Assembly: GCA_963704645.1 (NCBI GenBank)
Contig: OY969926.1
Coordinates: 608,001 to 672,000 of the forward strand
Direction: 5' to 3'
Source of the DNA: an uncultured bacterium
GTDB taxonomy: Bacteria > Patescibacteriota > JACMRA01
DNA length: 64,000 nucleotides
Part shown: one piece after another, positions 30,175-40,873 of the stretch
Layout of the letters: the number at the start of each line of letters is the position of its first letter
Numbering within the stretch: the first letter of the stretch is position 1
The notes under the pieces: generated by a model
Told to the model about the DNA's origin: nothing
Database searches by the model: none
Seen by the model: the letters and a program-made list of their open reading frames with translations, nothing else
Translations under genes and position numbers: made by a program

Positions 30175-30375
30175 TTTTATTTTGCGGATTTTTTTTCCAA
30201 TTGCATTGCTTGTTTATAAATATACTGCCCCCATTTTTGGTAGTTTGTTGCCTTATTCTTAAGATTATTTATTGGAATTACAAATACTGAATGATATTTT
30301 ATGGGAAATAAATGCCGTTTTCCTAGAAGCAAATAATTTTGACATATAACTAATGAAAAGCTATCCTGTAGGCAC

Positions 30376-31872
30376 ATGCTTTCTGTTACCTTTTGTGGAG
30401 CTACACGCACAGTTACGGGTTCTCAATATTTTTTGGAATACGCAGCTCCAGATGGTAGTAAATTTAATTTTTGTCTAGATTCGGGAATGTTCCAAGTGGG
30501 GCAAAAAGTGAATTTGTACAAGCTTAATTCTTATTTGGTTTTCGACCCGAAAAAACTTGATTGTATTGTTTTAACCCATGCTCATTTAGACCACTGCGGA
30601 CGTATTCCATATTTAATTAAAATGGGTTTTGGAGGAAAAATTTATTCTACATTAGCCACAAAACAAATTGCAGAAGTGGTAATGCGAGATTCAGCAAGGC
30701 ACAATTCAGAAGGATATTTGGCCCCAGATTTTGGTGGATTGGTTGATAGCCCTAATAACTCATCTGATGGAAATTTGAACAGTGTAAGTGATTCCAAAAA
30801 CAGCTCTAGAAATATATTGCCAGCATTGTACACTGAAGTAGAAGTAGACTCTGCTATGGGTAGATTTAAAACCTATGAATATTTAGAAAAGTTTAGAATT
30901 CACCCAAATTTAGAAGTAGAGTTTCACGATGCTGGTCATATTTTAGGTTCGGCTTTTGCAATTTTTACAGAAATTAGTTCCGGTAAACAAGTAGTTTTTT
31001 CTGGTGATTTAGGTAACGAACATAAGCCAATTATTAAAGACCCGGAAATGCCAGATACACCACCTGGGCTAACACACATTTTCACAGAAACCACCTATGG
31101 TAATAGGGTTCACCCTAAAGTAGATACCAAGCAGCATTTACGTGAAATTGCTAAGAAAACTTTACGTAGAGGAGGAAAATTAATTATTCCATCTTTTTCT
31201 GTGGAGCGTGCACAAGAGGTAATTTATTATTTGGTTGAATTAATGCGGGAAGGCAAAATAGACCAAGTTCCAATTTTCCTAGATTCGCCAATGGCTTCAA
31301 AAGTGTTGGAAATTTGTTTAAACCACCCTGAACTTTACGACAAAGATATTAAACAAAAAATTGCCGACGGAGCTAATCCGCTTCAGTATAAAAACTTGAA
31401 AATTTTGGAAAGTGTGCATCAGTCTAAAACTGTAAATGAAAACCATAAACCATGTATTTTAATTGCAGGAAGTGGAATGTTGAACGGTGGAAGAATTTTG
31501 AAACATTTGCAATTTCATTTGAATAACCCTTTAAATACGCTTTTGTTTGTTGGCTACCAAGCCGAAGGAACACTTGGAAGAAAAATTTTAGAAGGTGCTG
31601 AAGAGGTGGAAATTGAAGAAAAAATGGTGGAAGTTTTGGCGCAACTAGAAACTATGAACGAATTTTCGGCTCATGCAGATAGCAGAATTTTGAAAAACTG
31701 GGTATTAAGTTTAATGCGAGATTTACCAGATGATAAAGTTCCAACTGTATTTTTAATGCATGGTGAAAAAGAAGCTTCTTTAACTTTTGGGAAGGAACTG
31801 GAAAATAGTTTCATGTCTAAAATTAAAACCTACTGGCCAAGATTTTCAGAACGAGTAGTTATGTGGGAGTAG
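30376..31872 (+). CDS. MBL-fold beta-CASP ribonuclease
   Basis: THAHLDHCGR, AGHILGSA, FSGDLG, ETTYG, FSAHAD, HGE. Confidence 0.93.
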   Translation: MLSVTFCGATRTVTGSQYFLEYAAPDGSKFNFCLDSGMFQVGQKVNLYKLNSYLVFDPKKLDCIVLTHAHLDHCGRIPYLIKMGFGGKIYSTLATKQIAEVVMRDSARHNSEGYLAPDFGGLVDSPNNSSDGNLNSVSDSKNSSRNILPALYTEVEVDSAMGRFKTYEYLEKFRIHPNLEVEFHDAGHILGSAFAIFTEISSGKQVVFSGDLGNEHKPIIKDPEMPDTPPGLTHIFTETTYGNRVHPKVDTKQHLREIAKKTLRRGGKLIIPSFSVERAQEVIYYLVELMREGKIDQVPIFLDSPMASKVLEICLNHPELYDKDIKQKIADGANPLQYKNLKILESVHQSKTVNENHKPCILIAGSGMLNGGRILKHLQFHLNNPLNTLLFVGYQAEGTLGRKILEGAEEVEIEEKMVEVLAQLETMNEFSAHADSRILKNWVLSLMRDLPDDKVPTVFLMHGEKEASLTFGKELENSFMSKIKTYWPRFSERVVMWE

Positions 31873-32086
31873 GGGGAAGATAAATATTTTTCCGTAGGGG
31901 CTATGTTCACCATCGCCTGTTTTATTTTGTGCTAGAATTTAATTTGTGAAGCATGTTCTATCAATTTATTTTAGCCAGCAGGAATAAATTGAACTTGGTT
32001 TATATACTTTTAGGGTAAAAAAGAAAAAAAGGGATAAGATAGACAATTAATATTCCCAATCTCACATAGCACTCGACCTAGCAAAA

Positions 32087-33859
32087 CTACCTATTAGATT
32101 CTTGATACTTAATTATCAAAATAGAGTTCTTTCCAGATTGTTTCAAAGAGCTTGGATAGTCTAAATTTAAGCTTTCTATTTTGTTATTATTGCCCATTTC
32201 AATATATCCAGAATTAACACTTACTTTGTTCATAACGTTTTGGCTGTCCATTTTTATAGTGCCAGAGCTAACCGAAGTTTCTCCATTAATTGTTACACTA
32301 TTTCCAACTTTTAAACTTCCTCCATTAATTATAATATCGCCGGAAATTGTAGCTCCATCTTCTATAACAAGTTGGCTAGATTGAAGTTTCACGCTGCCTT
32401 GAATTATTGCATTTTTCCCAATTGTGAAGCTGCCTACACTGTCTAAATCTATATTTCCTTTTACTATTAATCCGTCTGGAATTGTCCTAATGTTTTTGCC
32501 AATGTTTGTACCCCCTTTATAAGTAATATTTCCAATATATTCAGTTTGGTTTGGTTCTAAATCTAAGCTTTTTAAATCTTGAATTTTATTGTAATCAGAT
32601 CTTTTAATATCCATAATTTTAGACTGCTCAGAGTTTATGGCGTTTAAAGATTGGCTGCCATAATCTTCCCAACCAAGAGTTTTTAATTCTATTATGCTAT
32701 CTGGGACAAGTAAGTTTGGTAAGTTTTCTTGAGTAGTTGCAAGCCAATCTCCATTGCTCTGTTTTTTGAACATTAGCATTTTATAACAAGAATTTTGAGT
32801 AAGCCTTGAAATATAGCTGTCTTTACTTTGATCTGGCTTACACTGGCTAAGATCTCTAAAAAATAAATTTACTTCATCTCCAGTATCGCTCAAATTTATG
32901 TCTGCTAAATATACATCAAAGTTTTTCCACAAATCCCATTGCCATTCTATTTTGTATAAAAATTGGCTGATGAAAGCTTCATAACTAGAGCTAGCAGTGT
33001 AGGTTGGCTTATAATTCTCTTCATATCGTGCTGTAGTTTCGGAAACAACATTTTCTACTACTTTAGGGTTTTTTATAGACTGTGTTTTAATTTTTTTGAA
33101 ATCTATTTTAACCCAATTTTGGTTGTTTTGTATTGCTAAAATGTCTTGATCTGGTTTTTTATTAATATTAATATCAGTTCTCTCAACGTAATTTTTGTCT
33201 GTTACACTACTCTTGTTTCCGCTAATTCTATTTTTAGCTATATTTATTTTGCTATTTGTGTAACGCAATGCAACTATGCCATCATTTTTAATGGCTACTA
33301 AAACTTTGGTTTCTAAAGATAAATCTGGATTGTATTTTTTACTAGAGCCATTCGGGTTATTTATCTTTTCTATTTCTATTTCATCAACTTGACTGCCGTT
33401 TACTTCAATTACGGTTTTTACAATTTGGTTTTGCCCCTTACAGAAATTATTACTACTCCAAGGTGTAAACGAGCTTTGGGAATTTGAACTATAATTATTT
33501 CTAATTACGTAATTTATAACTTTTGCTTTGCTGGTTGGGAATGTATATAAATCTGTAATTATTTCATAATTGTTATTATTAACTTGGCATAGGCCGGCAC
33601 TATATTCTTCATAAAAGTAACTTTGAGCAAATGCCGGACGGCCACTTACTTGAAATGCGTCAGCTTGATCTGTTCTGTAAGAATATTTATACTCAATTTC
33701 ATTTTCTTTTTTTTCGGCCTTGCTCCAATCTATATTTTCCATGGCTTCGCTTTCACCCTTTAACTTTGGATTGTTATTGTTCAGTAAGCTATAAGTAGTA
33801 AAGCCAGTTACAACAATAACAGTAATCACCCATAAATATATAAAATTGTTTTTTTGCAT
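32087..33859 (-). CDS. Exported hypothetical protein with C-terminal beta-helix-like repeats (start probably 33859)
   Basis: N-terminal TM; repeated I.G....I.G.(V/I) units. Confidence 0.65.
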   Translation of the reverse strand: MQKNNFIYLWVITVIVVTGFTTYSLLNNNNPKLKGESEAMENIDWSKAEKKENEIEYKYSYRTDQADAFQVSGRPAFAQSYFYEEYSAGLCQVNNNNYEIITDLYTFPTSKAKVINYVIRNNYSSNSQSSFTPWSSNNFCKGQNQIVKTVIEVNGSQVDEIEIEKINNPNGSSKKYNPDLSLETKVLVAIKNDGIVALRYTNSKINIAKNRISGNKSSVTDKNYVERTDININKKPDQDILAIQNNQNWVKIDFKKIKTQSIKNPKVVENVVSETTARYEENYKPTYTASSSYEAFISQFLYKIEWQWDLWKNFDVYLADINLSDTGDEVNLFFRDLSQCKPDQSKDSYISRLTQNSCYKMLMFKKQSNGDWLATTQENLPNLLVPDSIIELKTLGWEDYGSQSLNAINSEQSKIMDIKRSDYNKIQDLKSLDLEPNQTEYIGNITYKGGTNIGKNIRTIPDGLIVKGNIDLDSVGSFTIGKNAIIQGSVKLQSSQLVIEDGATISGDIIINGGSLKVGNSVTINGETSVSSGTIKMDSQNVMNKVSVNSGYIEMGNNNKIESLNLDYPSSLKQSGKNSILIIKYQESNR

Positions 33860-34197
33860 AGCAAATTGTTTCCTAAAAGAATGTAATTTTAACATTTTCC
33901 ACTTCTTGGGTTTAGTCAATCTACTATCTGCGCACTTCATATTTTCGGTAATTATCCCATGACAACATGTGCCAGATTAGAAGTGTCTATTCAATAAAAT
34001 AATATAGCTCCCAACTTGCTAAGGAGGGATACTCACCATATTTTCAATAGTAGCTACACAAGTATATTTGTATATTAGTTCCGATACTTAATGATTCTGA
34101 GGTTTAGACTGAAGTTAAGCGTACCCCCCCCCTTTTTTTTGGAACTAGTTAATAGTTGTATATGCCAACTTATTCAGTGACAGATTTAACTGTAGTT

Positions 34198-35598
34198 TTA
34201 TGCCATCTTCGATTCTTTAATACTAACTTCCTTATAATCTTTCCTAATAAACCATAGTTGAACTGCTGTTAAAACTATGAAGTTTATTACCAAACCTAAA
34301 GACACGGCCACCCCAGAATCTATTTTATTAAATATTAAACCGTAGGTTACTATAATTTGTATTAACAAAGCAGAAACAGCAAATAAAACTGGTTGCCAAG
34401 CTCTTTCTTTCACGTAAAAGTACTTTCCTAATATTTCTGATACGGCTTGAAAAACAAAACCTAATGTGCAAATTTGTGCTAGGTAAGCAATATAGTTTCC
34501 GTTATCTTGGCCTTTGCCGAATAAACTAAAAATTAGCACAAAAATTGGAGCTAAAATAAAGGTTGCTACACCCCCAACTAAAGCAATTATGGCAGTATTT
34601 TCTGTGTATTTTTGAAGCTTATTCCAGAAAATATTAGGATTTATTAATTTATCGTTAAAGACTTTGGCCAAGTCTGGGTAAAATACAGTAGAAATTGAGC
34701 TAATTATGGTGAAAAATGCTGCTTGAACAGAAAGTGAAATGTCGAAGGCTGTAATTTGTCCGTTTTCTGTGGCTACAAGTTTAATAATTCTGTTGGCGGC
34801 TACAGCACCGGAAATTAGAAATATTCTTGGTAGAAATAATACCCAAGTTTGAATCCAGAAAGTTTTTAACTCTAAAAAAATGTTCTTTGTGTTTGGAACA
34901 AATTTTCCAAAATTAGCTAGGCCAAATCTTCTACATTCAATAATGTATATTAAAACAGTCAGTAAACTTCCTAAAGTCATGCCAATTGCTGCAGAATAAT
35001 AATCGTTTTTACCTCCTAGAAGTAAACCTAAAATCATTCCTAAATTTGTAACTACTCCCGCCAAAGAGAAAACTAAGAAGCGCCTTTTTAAGTTTAAAAA
35101 CACTCCAAAAATACTTTGTAAGGAAAGTAGTAATGGGGTTACAGCTAAAATTCTGGTTATGTTAACGAAATCGTCTAGTAAGCCTTGATTAACAAAGTTG
35201 TTGAAAATCTCGCTACTAATTGTGAACTCTAAAATTGGCTTGGTAAAAATAATTACTAACAGGCAAATTGCAGCAATTAATCCTGAAATACTAATTAACA
35301 TCAAATACAAGTATTTATCCATTTTCTGTTTGGCCTCATTTTCTAATCTGCTGGCAATTGGTAAAACCGCATTAAATATTGTTGCCATTACTAACAAACT
35401 GGTAATATCGTCAGACAAACTAGACGCAGTTAGTAGCAAATCAGAACTAATTCTATCCATCTTCTGATAAATAATTATTTGCCTAAGCAAGCCTAAAACC
35501 TTTGAAAACAAAAGAAAAAATGTAATAATTGCTACAGAACGCAAGGCAGGCTTGCTCCACATATCTTTAATTTTGCTAATTAGGCTAGATAAATTCAT
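34198..35598 (-). CDS. murJ: MurJ/MviN-like lipid II flippase
   Basis: FSKVLGLLRQ, ISTVFYPDL, many TMs. Confidence 0.8.
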   Translation of the reverse strand: MNLSSLISKIKDMWSKPALRSVAIITFFLLFSKVLGLLRQIIIYQKMDRISSDLLLTASSLSDDITSLLVMATIFNAVLPIASRLENEAKQKMDKYLYLMLISISGLIAAICLLVIIFTKPILEFTISSEIFNNFVNQGLLDDFVNITRILAVTPLLLSLQSIFGVFLNLKRRFLVFSLAGVVTNLGMILGLLLGGKNDYYSAAIGMTLGSLLTVLIYIIECRRFGLANFGKFVPNTKNIFLELKTFWIQTWVLFLPRIFLISGAVAANRIIKLVATENGQITAFDISLSVQAAFFTIISSISTVFYPDLAKVFNDKLINPNIFWNKLQKYTENTAIIALVGGVATFILAPIFVLIFSLFGKGQDNGNYIAYLAQICTLGFVFQAVSEILGKYFYVKERAWQPVLFAVSALLIQIIVTYGLIFNKIDSGVAVSLGLVINFIVLTAVQLWFIRKDYKEVSIKESKMA

Positions 35599-35830
35599 TG
35601 TATTCACTTCAATTATGTCTAAATGCAAAACTGTACTAGGTCAATGCCAATTCTTTGGCTTAATCTCAATATATATTTAAGCCAATCTATGGATTTAAAC
35701 TCTGGTCATGTTTTGTTATTGTAACTAAAGCGTATTATTAGCTCTACTTTCTCAGACTGATAAAAGCAAATCTGACCCTCTTATCACATCTAAAATTTGT
35801 GACTCAGTAAAATAATTGATATGTATTTTT

Positions 35831-37333
35831 CTACAAAGATGGCTTTTCCACAACTTCCTCTGCAAATTCTAAATCAGTTTGTTTATCTAGCTGCCAATAG
35901 ATAAAAATTAAAGTCCAGATAAAAGCAACTGTTTGGTTTTCTAGAATGTGTAAAAATAATGTTCCAACAAAAATACCAAAGAAGCTTAATGAAAACAATA
36001 CTTTCCTCCAGTTAACCTTGTTTAAAGAGAAAACTTTTCTTATTTCCCAAATTGGAATTAAAAATAAACACAAATATGCAATTAAATAAAAAATTCCGCC
36101 ATTTAACCAAACTTGTAAAAACCAGTTTTCGGGAACTACTAAATCGGCGTTAGTAATAAAATATTTTTGAGCTGAGGGGTAATAATATTTAACAATTGGG
36201 CTGTTGTTTAAATTACCATATTCTTCCTTTGCTCCCGGGCCAGAACTTCCCAATCCAAGACCTACTAAATAGTTGCTTGGTTTAGCTGTTAAAACATCAA
36301 CCGATGCTAAAAAGTGTCTACGGTGTAATTCTGTTGAATTAGGTTTGGCAATTGAGGTTGGAATAAAACTGTATTTATTTAGGTCTAAATTAATTACAAT
36401 AAGACCAACAAAAATTGGAAAAATTAGAATTAAACTAATTATTGCAAAGTTTATTGTACGAATTATATTTTGAGCAGCTTGGGAAATTCCTAATTTACTA
36501 ATCTCGTTTAGCTTTTTAAGACTGAAATCTCTAAACTTCAACCAAATAATTATAGCGAAAATACATACTGCAGCCAGTAAAGCAAAGCGTGAATAGGTGA
36601 GATAAATAAAAATTAAATTTAATATAGATAATAATGTGAAAACACTTTTAGTAACTTTGTTTTTAGATTGAAGAGTGAAGTTAATTAGAAATCCAAGAAT
36701 CAATAGTAAATATCCAGCATAATGGTTGGGTGTAGAGAACGGTCCAGACAAACGCAAGCTTTCGTTTCCAAAATCAAGAATGTGCCCAGCAGGGGAAGAA
36801 GAAACATAGCCGCTTGCTTCTTTCCCGTATCCTACAAAATTTAAGAACTCAGCTTGGCCAATAACTAAACTGGAAATGCTGAACAAAGAGCTTAAAACAA
36901 ACCCAGATATTATTCCCCATTTTAAAATGTTTTTCAGCCAATTTTTGTATTCTAAATTTTGTTTAGTTAAAATTGTGTTTGCCCAAACTGCAGAAAGTGC
37001 AAAAAAACCAAGCCAAAAAAGTTCGAATCTAAAACCAAGTAACCATAAGGGTAGGGGAATTCTAATTAAATCTGTTAAGGCTAAGATAATTAAGCCTGTG
37101 TAAACTAAAAGAGGCCACAGCTTCTTCAGTTCAAACTTAATTTCTTTTAAACGCAAAGCTTTACCTATTTGAAACAAAAATATGGCTGAAAGAATTACTA
37201 CTAAAATTTCCTTCCAAAAAGATAAGTTAGAGCTTAGACTTAATCTGTTAGTTGTAAATAAAATTAAGGCTCCTTGAATAGGCAAAAGTATATTTAAAAT
37301 AAAACAGATGTAACCAATAGTTTTTTTCATCAT
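35831..37333 (-). CDS. O-antigen ligase/Wzy-like membrane protein
   Basis: RLSGPFSTPNHYAGYL, TYSR, GLGLGSSG, PENWFLQV. Confidence 0.85.
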   Translation of the reverse strand: MMKKTIGYICFILNILLPIQGALILFTTNRLSLSSNLSFWKEILVVILSAIFLFQIGKALRLKEIKFELKKLWPLLVYTGLIILALTDLIRIPLPLWLLGFRFELFWLGFFALSAVWANTILTKQNLEYKNWLKNILKWGIISGFVLSSLFSISSLVIGQAEFLNFVGYGKEASGYVSSSPAGHILDFGNESLRLSGPFSTPNHYAGYLLLILGFLINFTLQSKNKVTKSVFTLLSILNLIFIYLTYSRFALLAAVCIFAIIIWLKFRDFSLKKLNEISKLGISQAAQNIIRTINFAIISLILIFPIFVGLIVINLDLNKYSFIPTSIAKPNSTELHRRHFLASVDVLTAKPSNYLVGLGLGSSGPGAKEEYGNLNNSPIVKYYYPSAQKYFITNADLVVPENWFLQVWLNGGIFYLIAYLCLFLIPIWEIRKVFSLNKVNWRKVLFSLSFFGIFVGTLFLHILENQTVAFIWTLIFIYWQLDKQTDLEFAEEVVEKPSL

Positions 37334-37414
37334 AGCAATGTTTTATGGTTAAAAAGTTGTTTCGTCAAGTTGCCTAACTATAAGCCAAATGCCTGTTGAC
37401 TGTTTAAAACTAAG

Positions 37415-37423
37415 TTATCCACA
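37415..37423 (+). promoter_or_regulatory. Perfect DnaA box
   Basis: TTATCCACA; a one-mismatch box TTTTCCACA at 37910-37918. Confidence 0.5.
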
Positions 37424-37499
37424 AGTAAAAAGTGAATTATTAATTTAAGTTAAAAAAGCACGCTTTTATCAGGAAAAGTGGTTTGCCAGAAGACAGTTC

Positions 37500-37528
37500 T
37501 TGACGCAAGTTAATTTTTTCACTATAAT
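37500..37528 (+). promoter_or_regulatory. Near-consensus sigma70 promoter TTGACG-17-TATAAT
   Basis: Direct motif match; no long ORF follows. Confidence 0.75.
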
Positions 37529-37840
37529 TGTAATATCAGAAAAGAAAAACATCTCTTCTAAAAAATTTACAGCTTACGACATTTCCACATATAGAATAGT
37601 TTATAAATCTTCAACAATTTGTTAATTATTCTATTCACCTTTTTTCTCAATGCTAACGACACCGATTCTCTTAGCAAAAACAAAAATAAAAACTAAAGCA
37701 AAAATAAATAAAATAAAAATAACTTTAAAAAAAGGGTGAAGAATTTGGACGTGTCGGTTCCAGAACAGGTTAAAATTTACTAATACCCGTTGTCTATAAT
37801 CCTCTTAGAGCTTTATGAACAGCCAGTAAATCTACCTAAC

Positions 37841-37900
37841 AAGAGGGCCATCAACCCAAGTTTTATCACTTTTAGGGGTATGATGCCCTCTTTTCTCTTT
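37841..37900 (+). terminator. Terminator-like hairpin
   Basis: gagggccatcaaccc...ggggtatgatgccctc followed by ttttctcttt. Confidence 0.55.
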
Positions 37901-37958
37901 ACAGAATTTTTTTCCACAGCCTTTTGACATTGTATTAATAGGCTGTTTTTGTTTGGGT

Positions 37959-38765
37959 ATGAAGTTCTTTCTAACACATCTTTACCCTAAAGAAATGAAC
38001 ATTTACGGCGATATGGGGAACATTATTGCAATAACACACCGATTAAATAAAATGGGCTATGAAGTGGTTTACCAAAGTTTAAATCAAAATTCCGAATTAC
38101 CCAATCAAACCGACTTTTATTTTATAGGAGGTGGGCAAGATAAAGAACAGGAAGTTATTTACAAAGATCTTTTAAATCATAAGTTACAATTAGAAAGTGA
38201 TATTGTACGTGGGGTAGGGTTGCTGGCTATTTGCGGAGGCTATCAGCTTTTGGGGAAAAGCTTTATTACCGGAAACAATAAAGTTGTGGAAGGTTTGAAT
38301 ATTTTTCCTGTAGAAACAAAATCGCCAGATGCAAGTGTAAAATCTAGATGCATTGGCAATTTGATTGTAGAATGCAGTATTCCTGAAATTAAAAATACTA
38401 AAATTGTTGGTTTTGAAAACCACGGCGGACAAACTTATTTTATTCCTAAAAACTTGCAAACCGAATTTCAACAAACTGCTTACACTTTAGGAAAAGTATT
38501 GTTAGGTTTTGGTAATAATTCTGTAGAAAAATTGGAAGGTTGTGTTCTAAAAAATTCTATAGGAACCTATTTACATGGGTCTTGTCTTCCTAAAAATCCA
38601 CAGCTAGCTGGTTGGTTAATTTATAGTTCACTTTTAGCCAAAGCTAGGATGGAAAATTGGCCAGAGGAAAGCAAGTTGCAGATTATCAACACTTCTAAAA
38701 TAGATGACACAATTAGTTTGGCTGTTCAGAATACTTTGGTTGAAAGGTTTTTAAAGGGTAATTAA
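37959..38765 (+). CDS. gatD: GatD/CobQ-like glutamine amidotransferase
   Basis: HLYP..MNIYGD.GN, GGGQD, AICGGYQLLG, GFENHGG, TYLHGS.LPKNP. Confidence 0.9.
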   Translation: MKFFLTHLYPKEMNIYGDMGNIIAITHRLNKMGYEVVYQSLNQNSELPNQTDFYFIGGGQDKEQEVIYKDLLNHKLQLESDIVRGVGLLAICGGYQLLGKSFITGNNKVVEGLNIFPVETKSPDASVKSRCIGNLIVECSIPEIKNTKIVGFENHGGQTYFIPKNLQTEFQQTAYTLGKVLLGFGNNSVEKLEGCVLKNSIGTYLHGSCLPKNPQLAGWLIYSSLLAKARMENWPEESKLQIINTSKIDDTISLAVQNTLVERFLKGN

Positions 38766-38951
38766 TGAAAGACAGCCGGAGTGCAGAGCTGTGCTCGGAT
38801 TATTAAAATTTTTCAAGAATACTAATTCAAAGTTAGCACATCAAATTATATTGGGGCGTTTTTAAATAAAGCTTGTAAAAAAGTCATCGGTCCAACATTT
38901 GAACGTAGTTTTTTATTTACAGTGCTTTTTAAATAAACTCTAACTAAAAAT

Positions 38952-39320
38952 ATGCAAAATTATGTTTTAGGGCGAAGTGGGGAAAGTTTGGCTAAGGAAT
39001 ACCTTGAAAATAATGGTTTTAAAATTTTAGCTCAAAATTTTCAGTTTTACAGAATTGGCGTGCAGGGTAGGTTGGCAGAAATAGACATTATAGCTTTCAA
39101 AGAAAATATTATTCATTTGTGTGAAGTTAAAACCAGAAGTGGCAATAAATTTGGCTCTCCGTTTGAACAAATTACCAGAAAGCAAATTCAAAACATTCAG
39201 TACGCCTACCATTATTTTCTTTCGAAGAATCCTATTTATAGAAAGTGTAAAGCCCAGTTTAACGCCATTGCCGTGGTGAGGCAGAAAGTAGAAATTATTT
39301 GGAATGCTGTTAGTTTTTAG
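38952..39320 (+). CDS. yraN: YraN (UPF0102) PD-(D/E)xK family protein
   Basis: LG..GE.LA..YL, EIDIIA, EVKTR. Confidence 0.9.
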   Translation: MQNYVLGRSGESLAKEYLENNGFKILAQNFQFYRIGVQGRLAEIDIIAFKENIIHLCEVKTRSGNKFGSPFEQITRKQIQNIQYAYHYFLSKNPIYRKCKAQFNAIAVVRQKVEIIWNAVSF

Positions 39321-39437
39321 GATTTCAGCTAAAATTATTGTTTTCTATTTACCAAGCTAAGGAATAATTTAATCTGTAAAATTAGATATTAATCTTTTTC
39401 ATGCAATTTTGATGTGTCTTAAGTATCTAATTTTGTT

Positions 39438-39467
39438 AATAAAAAGCACCCCCTTTCGGGGGAATAC
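39438..39467 (-). terminator. Rho-independent terminator
   Basis: ccccc-gaaa-ggggg followed by gctttttatt on the minus strand. Confidence 0.7.
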
Positions 39468-40065
39468 TCGGTACAGACTATTTTGCAAGCCAAAGATGTT
39501 ATCAACTGTGGTGAGAGCTATATATTTATGCCCCCTACTTGCAACACTTTTAAAATTTTATTAATACTATCACTCTTCTGATATTGAATACTAACTTCTA
39601 ACAACTACTTCATTCAATATTTTTTGCTTGATTTTACCAAGCCATCTTTCAAAACTTTTTTTTCGCATTTTGTCAAGGGTATACCTCATCTTAATATTTG
39701 GATTGTCTAAGAAAGCCAGTTGTAAAAGCTTATTTTGAAATACTGGCAGAACCTGTCGCCAATCTTTTTTATTACGCTAAAATTTAAAGAATTAATAGTT
39801 GAATGAGGAAAGTTAAATCTAAATAGACTTGAACTATCAGTCATAATTTTTAATAAAAAGTCATATTAAGGTTTACTTTCATAATGATGAAGAAAAGTGG
39901 CTTTGAGATTGGCGACAGATCCAATAATTTTTTCATAAAAAACCACTCAGACACAATTTCCTAGGCTGAATATAAAACTCTTCAATATAAATTTGGTTGG
40001 GCTTAAAACGTATAGTTTAAAAAATATAACTTGACAATATTTACCTATAGTTACTTGAAGTATTT

Positions 40066-40872
40066 ATGGACGAAGATAATACAAAACCTGCTAAAAAGAT
40101 AATTAAAAATAAGATTATTTATTATATAGTATTCATGATATTTGTGGTGATTGGGGCTACTGCTTACGTTTATACAAGGTAATTCATTAGGAATATACCA
40201 AATACTATAGAAGAAGTTGCTATTGCCCAGTTAAAACCAATTAAATTATCTGAAGCTTTAAACAAGGCTCAAACAGTTGCTAAAGATAAAACAGCCAATT
40301 CTAGTTTAATTTTGGTTGCAGACGATGAAGGTGATAGTATTTTGTATTTTACAATTGGTTTAAGCAGCGAGAAAAAAATTACTACGGAAAATACAGATGG
40401 TGTTTCTAAACAGTGGCTTTTTGGATATTTAAAAGATAAAACCAAGGAATATAAACCTAAAGCTGGTAATAGTTATAATATACCAAAGGCAGATATATTT
40501 ATGGTTAAGGTAAATTCTAACGAATCGGTTGTTCATGCCGAGCAAGCTTATGGCGATATTCCACTTTCAACGCTTTCAGATTTAGCTCCTGTTTTGCAAG
40601 ATCAAAATTTAGATGAAGCAATTCTTAAAATTCAAGAGAATTTTGCTGCAGATATAAAGAAATATAATTACACTTCAACCGATTTTAAAGGTTTAGATTT
40701 TCTTATTTTTAATAAACAATACACCGTGTTTTTAGGTAAGTTTGTGCCAGAACCTGTTTATACAATTAAGCTAAGATATGAAAAAGACACCTTAAAAAGA
40801 GAATTTACAGCCGACTACATGTTTAATACTAAAGAAATTAACTCTAAGCGTATTTACCCAGAAGATAAGTAG
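40066..40872 (+). pseudogene. Membrane-anchored protein interrupted by an in-frame TAA at 40180-40182
   Basis: ATG 40066 is in frame with ORF 40312-40872; the TM segment precedes the stop; TTGACA lies 35 nt upstream. Confidence 0.7.
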
Positions 40873-40873
40873 C

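Noticed and set aside
37631-37804. Hydrophobic minus-strand ORF (type I toxin-like)
   Set aside because: No ATG/GTG/TTG in frame; hydrophobicity follows from the A-rich tract.
37535-37900. tmRNA or RNase P RNA
   Set aside because: No tRNA-like ends or T-arm, and no GAGGAAAGTCC core.
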